Of a DNA stretch of 64,000 nucleotides, positions 54,104 to 64,000 are shown in pieces. Position 1 is the stretch's first letter. Every line of letters begins with the position of its first letter. The notes under the pieces are model-generated. The model ran no database searches and was not told the DNA's origin. It was given only the letters and a program-made list of their open reading frames with translations. The DNA is from Camelus dromedarius (lineage: Eukaryota): the NCBI RefSeq assembly GCF_036321535.1, contig NC_087436.1:89654001-89718000 (forward strand). Direction: 5' to 3'. The position numbers and the translations under genes are program-made.

Positions 54104-54384
54104 TTATTTTTAATGGGAGAAAATCAAATTTAATTTTATTTCTATGGGAAACCCACATATACAATAGGGCCAGAGACCCCACGTACATGGGAGGTTAAAA
54201 GATAAAAAGGTAAAATGAGGTCTATGTGCCATCCTGAGCTAAGGACTGGAATAGGAGCCTGGGGCTCTCATGAACCGGAGGGTCACTCACAAAACAATAT
54301 GAAGAATAATGATGCTGGGTATTAGATGTTTGCCCTGACATGCAGATGAAACCACATATATATAGTTTATTGTAAGTAATAATT
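54104..54384 (-). mobile_element. LTR-like fragment transduced 3' of an L1
   Basis: Lies between the L1 poly(A) and a second A-rich tail, inside the same TSD; minus-strand AATAAA at 54135-54140. Confidence 0.6.
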
Positions 54385-54818
54385 CTTTTTTTTCGAAGTA
54401 TATTCAGTTATAATATGTCAATTTCTGGTGTACAGCATAATGTCCCCGTTATATATTATATATAAATAAGTGTCCCAGTTATATATATAAATATAGTTAT
54501 ATATTTGATTTCATATTCTTTTTCATTAAAGGTTATTATAAGATATTGAATATAGTTCCCTGTGCTATACAGAAAAAATTTGTTTTCATCTATTTTTGTA
54601 TATAGTAGTTAATATTTGCAAATCTCAAACTCCCAGATTTATCCCTTCCCACCCCATTTCCCCCGGTAACCATAAGATTGTTTACTATGTCTGCAAGACT
54701 GTTTCTGTTTTGTAGATGAGTACATTAGTGTCTTCTTTTTTTCTTTTTTTAGAATCCCCATATGAGTGATATCACATGGTATTTTTGTTTCTCTTTCTGG
54801 CTTACTTCACTTAGAATG
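54385..54818 (-). mobile_element. 5'-truncated camelid-type L1 3' end
   Basis: TTTTTTCGAAGTATATTCAGTTAT...TCAATTTCTGGTGTACAGC...CTTTCTGGCTTACTTCACTTAGAATGAC, the reverse complement of 34810-34840. Confidence 0.92.
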
Positions 54819-54944
54819 ACCATGTCCAAACTTATTAATGCAAATACACAAATTATATTTGCAACACACTGTTGATCCTTTATGAAAATTACGCAGACAG
54901 TGGGCATGGGTTCTTCTTAGGACAGGAGACCAAAGAAGTCTTAA

Positions 54945-55125
54945 AATGAGAATGGGAATCAGCAAGTAATTTCAACTCTGATAATAACTTGATGTGCAGC
55001 CTCAGGCAACTCATTTAAATTCAGGGAGCCTCCAGTTTTGTCGTGGTGATAATAATGTATGCCTTCTTCCCAAATGTGTTGTGGGGATTAATTATTTAAT
55101 GTTTACCAAGTGCTTTGAAGATGAA
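54945..55125 (+). mobile_element. MIR SINE
   Basis: TGTGCAGCCTCAGGCAACTCATTTAA...GATAATAATGT...GTTGTGGGGATTAA...AGTGCTTTGA. Confidence 0.65.
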
Positions 55126-58109
55126 GACTAGAGACTAGATGCTAAGTTTATTACTTGGAATAGGGTGTATCAGGAAACTGCATTCTTTTTCACCAGTGAG
55201 TGCTGCTATGATGCAAGGAGATCTTGAAAGGAGTGCGGCTGAAAGTGTGAACGAATTGAAGATGAAACCATCGCTTCTCAATGAATCTGAATTTTTTTTC
55301 CTGTTCTCTGCTTTTGAAGAAACAAATCTGACAGCCAAGCATAACAGGAATGTATTTAAAAGTTATGTCTAGAAAATATCTTCAGCATCAAAGCAGTGTC
55401 AGCTTGATTTTCTACCATAGCTACATGAACTGCACAATGAAAGTTCATCTTCTAAATAATGGCTCTCAGGCAACAATAACTTCCCACTACAAAGATTTTA
55501 CTTCTTTTTTTTTTGTATATACTTTTAAAGTAAGAATCTGGATACATTAAAATTGTTTGTTTGAGTATAGCTTTAACTTAAGGAACAAATAATTTTTTGA
55601 TTTCTGGAAGTGGTAGAAACCAAAAGGATTTTCTAAGTATAAACAGCAAATCATATCCATCATTTCACTCTCTCTTGCCCATCTATTTCCTAAGCATTGA
55701 AGTGCACAAGGAATTTACTCTAATTAACAGATGAGTGTTAATGAAGACTATTCTAGCAGAATGATTCTAAGGAGGCTTTCAGCAAGCGAATGTAAAGGTT
55801 TACAATTGTTCATTTTGTTAATTCAGGACTAAAGCAGCATGGTGTTTTAGCTACTGTTGAGTACCTGGCCATAGACTGAGTGACCAAACCCTTTACAAAT
55901 TTTCATATCTCATACGGATGAGTTTTGGATTGCTATTAGAAAAATCATAGAAATATGGAAAAATGTTACAATTTTACATTATGCAAATGAAGAAACCAAG
56001 GCCCTGAAATTGAAATGACTAGACCACGTCTCCATTGATAGTTGATAGCTGAACAAATATAATACTATGTATACTTTTTTTCCTCCACATTGAATTCAAC
56101 TATTACATTCTAATGGTTAAAAATAACAAAAAATATGACAGAACACATTTACATGTATATGCCTTTCCAGATGATGATCTTTGTCCAAAGAAACCATTGT
56201 GGTTTTGCCAAATCATTTTCCATGGAAAGTTAAAGATGTTCTTTTCTACTACAGAAGCTTCCATTACCTGAATCCCAAGAACTAGAAGTGAAGACATATT
56301 GTGATGTTTATAGGGCCAGGTGGTACTTTAAAGATATTTGGCTCCCAGCTAAGGGCTAAGTCAACCCTGGATATTATGGCAAAGAATGGTTTGTCAGTTA
56401 GCTACTGTTTCTTTCTATCACACCTTTCTGTTGACCCAACTTACAGCCCTTACCTTCTACCCACTCAGCTGTTTCATACACTTCTCTTGTGCTTTCTTCT
56501 CTTTCTCTGGCACCACTGCATAATGTGAAGGTTGAACAATCTTAGATAAAGCTCTTTTTTAATCATCCTCTTCCTCTTCCTTTATTTTTTTTCTAATAGT
56601 GCTAAGAAGTAAAGGACAGAGAAGAAAACAAGACAACATAATGAAAAGATTAAAAAAAGAGAGAAAAACATTCTGGAAGGATGAAAGTCTTCCTTATTGT
56701 TTTTCTTTGAATTGAGGATCTGTTATTATAAAAATTGCTCATGATTAATCCTTATTATGAAATCATACTTGCTCTGCTAAACTCTTTATATGTCATTTAA
56801 ACCCATGATACTCTACAAAGCAGGCACTGTTTTCTTTCCAAATTACTTGCTCAAGATCAAAAACAAATATGAGAAGTATGATATTGAATTATAAATTTAA
56901 ATTTATAAATTTAGATAAATTAGATCTTTCTGACTCTAAACTATTTGATATGGAATTGATATTAATTAATTAAAATTAATTGAAATAAAATGTTAGCAAC
57001 TCTGAAAAACAAGATGTGTAAAGGGAAATATGAGCGATGATAACCCATCACTAGATGCTATCGATCAGTCACATGCCTTTCCTACGTTCACCTAAAATAA
57101 AATACAAATGAAATAAGATTCATACATTTGAAAAGCCCATAAGATTTTGTTCTTTTTTCGCTCTCATGATTTCTAAAGCATCTTTTCAGGTACACTTAAG
57201 TATAAATATGAACACACCAAATTATAATTTACCTACAGTTCTAATTATACTTTGGCTCTTGATTGAATTGGACTTTCACATTGAGACACTCAGGTCATCT
57301 TTGGATCCTTTTTTTTCATGTCCTAGTTCTACATTGCTCGCGTCTGGAGTCTGCCTTTAAGTTATCCCATGTTTTAATTCACATGCTTAGCCTCTTTGTC
57401 TGGATCTGCTCAGAGTTCAGTTTTACAGGGAGGAAATTTCAACTAAATACCTGTGGTTTTTGCATTTCTATTTCTTTTTACCTAAAGCATGGTCTTTACA
57501 AACTCAGTTCTTGCATTTGTGCCTTTTCCTATTTTATTTTCTACCATGAGAAAGAATGACTTTTCTGAAAGTCATGTGGCGAGAGTAAGGCTTATACCGA
57601 CCTTTCTGATTTTTGGCCAAAAGAGAAAATCTTCCTATTTGAGAGCCATTTGAAAATATCTCCCTAAGTTTATGTTTACTTTTTATATTTTTCCACGTTC
57701 TCCCGGATGTTGATACCTCAGATTTTGAAATTTTCTGTTTCATATCCAATTATGTGCTCTTATAAAAAGAATATAGGAAAGGAATAGAGCAGAACAATGA
57801 AAACATTTTAGAGAACAGTTCTTTGAATTGTTTGTTGGCCCAATTAATTTTCAATTGTAAATAGTTGTAGAATAATAGACACGGCTATACCATCTGTGAC
57901 ACATTTCCACTCTGTGTCATAGAAATGCCAATGATACTTCCAGTTAATAATTGTATTATTGTTTTAAATTAACTAAAACCTTAAACATATATCATATCAT
58001 TTACCCTTTATAATAATCATCTGGGCTTAGTATTCTTCATATTTAATGATAACAATGAAAAGAAAGGCTCAAAATCAGAGCTGTTGATGTAATAACAAAG
58101 ATAGTGTTC

Positions 58110-58300
58110 ATAATGGCGATGTTATTACAATAGGGATTTGAGTACTACGTACTAGTCCCTCAACTCATTTAATTCTAACAATTATATGACAAAAGTTTAT
58201 TACTGTTCATAGTTTACAGTGGAGTAAATGAAGTTCTGAATGTCAAAGCTCACACAGCTATAAACTCATAAAGCTGGATTCAAATACAGGTCTTTCTGAA
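58110..58300 (-). mobile_element. MIR SINE
   Basis: CTCATTTAATTCTAACAA...TTTACAGTGGAGTAAATGAAG...CACACAGCTA...GGATTCAAATACAGGTCT. Confidence 0.65.
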
Positions 58301-58710
58301 ATGATACAGAAGTTACTCAAACACAGGTTTCTGACTGCAAATTTTTACACTTTCCACTACACTCTTCTATATTTTCCATTTGTACTGCAGACATACATGA
58401 TTTATTGACTCTACTGTGAATCATCTTTTATGTGTATTCATCTCCTCCTTGAAATAAGAACTTCAGGTCTCTGAAGGCAGCGAACATGCCCTATTCACCT
58501 TTGTATCTTCCCAGTTCCTAAGTTGTTGTCATTAATAGAATTAACAAGTATGATTCTAGGCACTTGGGGAAAATCTAGTGGAAGCAAAGATCTTATCATC
58601 TCGTAGTAGAAATAAACCATTATACACTTAGCTAAAATCAAGTTGTACAGGTAAAGATATGATAATATTAACAAAAGTCACTATCACTACAAATATCATG
58701 CCCTGAATTC

Positions 58711-59313
58711 TGTGATGTTTAATTTTTATTTTAATTGAGTATAGTCTATGATGTTTAATTTAATGTGTCAACTTGACTGGGCCACAAAATGCCCAGAGGT
58801 TTGATCAAACTTTATTCTGGGTGTGTCTGTGGTGTGTGTAAATGACATTAACATTTGAATCAGTAGACTGAGCAGACTGGCCTCCCCAAGGTGGGTGGCC
58901 CTCTCCAATCATCTGAAGGCTTGAATAAAACCAAAAGGGGGACTATTCCTCGAGTAAGAGGAGATTCCCGACTGTAGAGCTGAGACATCAGTCTTTTTCT
59001 GGTTTTGGACTCAACTGAAAATTCAGCTTTCCTTGGGTCTTGAAACTGCTGGCTTTCAGACTTGAACTTACACCAGTTCTCTTGGTTCTCAGGCCTTTGT
59101 ACTTGGTCTATAACTACACATCATCCTCCTGGAGCTCCAACTTGCCAACTACAGGTCTTCTCAGCCTCTGTAATCACATGAGCCATTCCCATATAATAAA
59201 TCTATATATACATATATATATATTTACACACACACATATATAAATACACACACACATAAATATATCAGAACCTTACTGGCTATGTGTCTCTGGAGAACGC
59301 TGACTAATGTACA
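58711..59313 (+). mobile_element. MLT2 (ERVL) LTR with internal (TA)/(CA) microsatellite
   Basis: TGTGATGTTTAATTT..ATGTGTCAACTTGACTGGGCCAC start; GTCTCTGGAGAACGCTGACTAATGTACA end. Confidence 0.9.
58726..58744 (-). mobile_element. Micro L1 insertion (extreme 3' terminus)
   Basis: TTATTTTAATTGAGTATAG between 17-bp direct repeats at 58709-58725 and 58745-58761. Confidence 0.7.
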
Positions 59314-59584
59314 TTGCTTCAACAAACAATTAAGCACCGACTCTGTTCGTGCACTGCCTTAAACATACCTCATGCGTGCATGCTGTGTGTAGGATTTGTG
59401 TTAGGATCTAGAGAAAAAAAAAATAAAGGTTATCCTCTCTGCTCTCAAAAGATATTATTAACCAAGTCAAGGCCACAGAACATACACATAAAATAGAAGA
59501 AAGCCCCTGTAGCACATGCTGAATGTCAAATAAGTAAAACCTGCAGTAAATACTATTAGAATCTTGAGGGGATATTTCTGGCTT

Positions 59585-59720
59585 CATGGAGATGGTGGCC
59601 ATTCACCCCAGTTTCACAGGGACAGTACAGTTGATGCCTTTTGTCTCAGCCCTATTATTTATTGCTCCATTTCATTCTCAACAGTGTTCCAGTCAGGCAA
59701 TAAACTATAAGGTCACCTTA
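59585..59720 (-). mobile_element. MER94-like hAT-Blackjack element
   Basis: GGTGGCCATTCACCCCAGTTTCACAGGGACAGT...AAACTATAAGGTCACCTTA. Confidence 0.55.
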
Positions 59721-61124
59721 CTCACAGATGGGCTAAAAGGAAAGCTTCCTTAAAAAGGTGAGTTGTGGGCCATGTCTTAAAAGAAGTAACAGAAGTGAAT
59801 CACAGATCTGGCATTTTGACATGCATCTTTTATCATTTCCTGAAATTTTCAGCCATCAATCGTTTCAATCCTGCTGTTTGCCTTTATTCTTGAGAGTCCT
59901 ATGAGGAAACAAGACATATTTTACATGAAGGGAACAGAATGTTTCATTGATGTCTCTGCTCTCCTTCTCCCGGAGGATGGCAGTTCAAGTTCAGCACCAC
60001 TGCCAGTGTGTGTGGTAGGGAGGCATGGGGAGCCGTGAGTTCCTTTGTTTTGGCAGTTGCTGAAGCAGTTACTAGCTAGAAAGTAATATTAACCAGAGGA
60101 AATTAGGTAAAAGGCACTTTATTTAGCTTCCATTCACTCCAAATAATTGCCTGCTAAATGAAAATTTCTCCCATTTGAAGAAATAATGTAAAAATCTCTT
60201 CAGTGAACATATTTGAATGCTTATCAACACAGAGGAAAAGGGGAAGCATTGGGGGAATGCTACTATAACATTTAAGTATGTTTTACATGAAAATCACGTT
60301 CAACTTCTCAGAGCAATACAAAGATGCAACCCTTGGCAACTAAGGCCACGGCCTCTGATAGGACTTGCTCGGGGTTAGCGCTAACCGCAGAACTTTCAGA
60401 ATAAAAGAGAAGCAGTGGTCATGCGTACGAGTTTCATGAAGGGAAAATGATGTATTATAATATTCATGATGACATTTATATAAATTAAAAATTTAGATTA
60501 TATGCTTTCACAGTGAAAGGGCTGCACTATCTCCCAGACCGATAGATGCTTCTTTTTGACTGTGAATGCTTTGAGAACAAATGCCAGACTATATTTATCT
60601 TGATATCTCTCATATAAAATGGAGGGCTTGTTATATATTAAGTAGTTAAAAACTGTTTGTTGAATTAACTTGACTGACTAGGTATTTTTTTTTTTATTAC
60701 TAAACGATGCACAAAGGTAGATATAAGCGGTGATTGATCTCCAAAATATATTCCTAGAAATTTCTATGCATATATTTGATTTGGGGGCAGGAGAATTATA
60801 TTTTTGAGCCATATATTTATACTTACTTATCATATATCAAATGCATATCCAGAAGTGAATTAGGACACGTTTAGCAGAATTATTAAAGAGCAATTAGTGG
60901 AGATTAAGTCATTGGGAAACTTCTTAGTACTCTAAAGAGTTTTAGCTTTCAAGCCTTCAGACAATCCTGATCTTAAGTTTTTGTATGGTTCTATCAAGAA
61001 TGACAATATTCCTGGATGTTTGCAAATTTTGCCTACTTTTCAATGCTTAAATCAATCAGTCTATTGGTTACTTATTTATATTCTTTTAAATTGCAGCACA
61101 TTTCCATAACAATGATGAGCAGAT

Positions 61125-61230
61125 TGAGAGACAAAAGTCCTAGATTAAAGTTCCAGTTCTCCCATTGACAAGCTGTGTGAGCTTAGTTATATCCATTAAC
61201 ATCTCTGAACCTCAATATGTCATTGAAGTT
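61125..61230 (+). mobile_element. MIR fragment
   Basis: AGTTCCAGTTCTCCCATTGACAAGCTGTGTGAGCTTAG...TTAACATCTCTGAACCTCA. Confidence 0.6.
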
Positions 61231-61796
61231 AAGAGTTGCTCTATGAACCTTCATATCTTGCACAAATCATATAAATTCAGAAATTTCAGGAATCTGGATA
61301 TTGAGTAATAGGACAGGTAAGCAGCATATGTGACATCTTTCAAAAATGTCTAATTGAAGAAAATGAAACAAATGTACTCTTCAAATATTTAAAGGACAAC
61401 TCATATTTTAAAGTGCTTGGAAAAGACTGGAATGTAATTTTTATAATAACAGCATTTTAGTTCTTAACTTTTGTTAATTAGAACTCCAAAGATGTAAAAG
61501 AGGATTTCAGGAAGGAACAAGTAAGACTTAGATGAAGAAATCAGAGGCTAAGAACCAGAGTAATTTTCTTGTCTATAGCATGAGGGTAAACTAAATGATA
61601 ATCATGGATTCATGTGAAAATCTTTTCCTAAGATGAACCTGCAGGCTGAATGATCTACTTTGACAATATATTATGAAGAAGTATAGCAGAGAATTGCCAA
61701 AGTTTTGTGCCATCATGGCACATTATGTAACGGTAACTATTGGCCTTTTTTGGGATAACAACCTCCTTTGAGACTGTGATCAAAGTTACTGACCAG

Positions 61797-62292
61797 TACA
61801 TTAATCAGTTTTTGCAAGATAATGCTATGTAACAAACAACTCCCAGATTTTAAGGATTTACAACACACACACACACACAATTTATTTCTTGCTCAAGTGT
61901 CATGAAGTCTGTAAGGATACTGTGATTATAATCCAGGCTGGTGACCAGTAGAAAGTTTGCACCAACATGTCCTCTCATTTCAGGACCAGGCTGAAAGATC
62001 TGCCCCTATTTGAGACATGCTATTCTCATAGAATAAGATAGTAACATGAGAGCCTGAAACAGACTCTAAAATAATTTTAAAGCTTCTGCTTAACATGATC
62101 TACAGCACATCTACTGACATCCAATTGTCAAGAGTATATCACATGGCTAAGCCCAAAATCAATAAGGCTGAGATATATATTCTTCCCACATTATTCATTA
62201 GCAAGTCCTATCACATTGGGTAGGTGTTAACCAACTATTATGAATGGGGGGTGAGGCTTTACATACTGGGAATGATAATTCACTCTACAACT
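61797..62292 (-). mobile_element. MLT1H/I/J-type MaLR LTR
   Basis: GATAATGCTATGTAACAAACAACTCCCAG...AATTTATTTCTTGCTCA...CACATGGCTAAGCCCAAAATCAAT. Confidence 0.75.
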
Positions 62293-63297
62293 ATTTCCAC
62301 TGGAAAACATAACTGCAAGGAAATATTGAAAATTTCTAGGGGTTCCAACCCATAGATTATGTTTCCTGGGCAAATAGCCAAAAAACAAAGTAATATTTTT
62401 CTTTTAGAATAGTTCAACACGTTTGGCAAATAGTCTTGAAAAAAATTACATAAGCTAGGACATTCCAAAAAAGAAAATTTTTCCCTTACAACTTGCTGCC
62501 TTACTGAATTGCTGCATTTGTGAACACTTCCATGGAAAATACTGGTTCTTTGAATGACATACCTAGATGTACAGTAAGGAAATTCCTGATAATTGGATGT
62601 ATTTGAAAATTCTTGAGTAGCAATGATAATTTAATCTTTGAAAGTGAGTTGTGAATATATTTATCACGTTGTCTTTCTGGTCAACATGAAAGGGTGGTGT
62701 ACTAGTTAGCAGGTTAGTGTGATCTAACAAAACTTGGTTTAAACCAATTTTCACTAACTTCAAAGCTTGCCAAACTTTTTTTTAAAAATCATATCCTCTC
62801 TGAAAGGAGGAATGGAATGATTATATGCAGAGCTGGGAAAGGAGGAGTGGACAAAAAATCAAACAAACAAACAAAAGGTAGTTGAATAATTTGGAGACTT
62901 AGTAGCAGTGATTCCTATTGGTAGAAGTCATAGCTAGAGTGAAAGGTTTAACACTTCCAGAAGACAAAGAGTGCCTGGTAGGTACCACGTCATATCTCCT
63001 ACATGGTTTACTTACTCCAACAGTAAGTAAACAAAGCTTACTGCATTCTTTTTGAAGTTATGTCTACATTATAAAGTGCAAATTGAAAAATCACTATTTT
63101 CGCAGGTGCAAAGATCAAAGTAAAGCTGACCTGTAGAAAGCGAAGAAAGGCAGATTTTGGCTTAATGTTAGCATTTGCTAATTTATTAACCTATGTTACA
63201 ATTGTATGTTCTTCTTCATTAGGAATGCCCTTACTATTTCAAGAAAGCATTTTAAGAAGCATTAAAAAAAAGCATTTTAAAAAAGTTAACTGCGTAG

Positions 63298-63615
63298 AAT
63301 GAACTTATCTACAAAACAGAAGCAGACTCACAGACATAGTAAACTAACTTATGGTTACCAGGGGAAAAGAAAGTGGGAAGGGATAAATTGGGAGTTCGAG
63401 ATGTACAAATACTAACTACTATACATAAAACAGGTAAACAACAAGTTTCTTCTATATAGCACAGGGAACTATATTCAATATCTTGTAATAACCTATAATG
63501 AAAAAGTATATGAAAATGAATATATGTATGTATATGTATGACTGAAGCATGTTGTACACAAGAAATTGACACATTTAAACTGACTCTACTTCAATGAAAA
63601 ATAAATAAAAAAACA
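63298..63615 (+). mobile_element. 5'-truncated L1 3' UTR
   Basis: AATGAACTTATCTACAAAACAGAAGCAGACTCACAGAC...AAACTGACTCTACTTCAAT plus A-tail; degenerate TSD TTAACTGCGTAG/TTAACTGGATAG. Confidence 0.9.
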
Positions 63616-63699
63616 AATTAACTGGATAGGTCACTGAGGGTGATGACTTCTTGACAACTTTTACTACTGAAATTCTATGTCTCATAATTTGTCTCTTTG

Positions 63700-63895
63700 T
63701 TTTTTTCTTCCTTCTACTTTCCTCTCTCCCTGCCTCCTCTCTCTTTCCCTTCCTTCCTTCCTCCCTCCCTCCGTTCCTTCCTTCCTTCATTCCTTTCTCC
63801 CTTCCTTCTTTTCTTTCTTTTTCTTCCTTCTTTCCTTCTTTTTCTGTTCTTTTCTTTTCTTTTCTTTCTTTTCGCCTTCCTGCCCTCTTTTCTCT
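63700..63895. repeat. Polypyrimidine low-complexity tract (TTCC/TTTC)n
   Basis: About 195 bp almost entirely C/T. Confidence 0.9.
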
Positions 63896-64000
63896 TATGG
63901 ACTCTTTTTTGATCAACAAAAGTTAAAACACAGATGAAAATAAATTTCTTTCTCCTCTAAATGCACCTGTCATTTTGGTATATTTTAATCAGATTCTTAA

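Noticed and set aside
55139..55372. Protein-like ORF (MMQGDLERSAAESVNELK)
   Set aside because: No recognisable homology and no convincing donor site; length is within chance range.
63575..63937. K/E/R-rich and F/L/S-rich ORFs
   Set aside because: Translations of the low-complexity TTCC tract.

Overview
AT-rich, CpG-depleted mammalian non-coding DNA (intergenic or deep intronic). It is most likely camelid: it carries tRNA-Ala-derived Vic-1-type SINEs and many young artiodactyl-type L1 3' ends, and I saw no Bov-B, Bov-tA or PRE-1 elements. I found no intact protein-coding gene, RNA gene, CRISPR array or convincing new biological system. The long ORFs in the track are L1 ORF2 remnants, antisense repeat ORFs or low-complexity sequence. 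The window is a transposon record: L1, L2, MIR, MaLR/ERVL/ERV1 LTRs and hAT DNA elements. The best observations are an L1 3' transduction carrying an LTR-like fragment (54085-54837), a ~19-bp L1 micro-insertion with a 17-bp TSD (58709-58761), a ~2.6-kb hAT-Charlie fossil whose transposase resembles SCAND3/ZBED9 (24340-26962), and an internally deleted, possibly spliced L1MC (30307-32513). Repeat family names and consensus comparisons are from memory, and boundaries are approximate unless a TSD is quoted.
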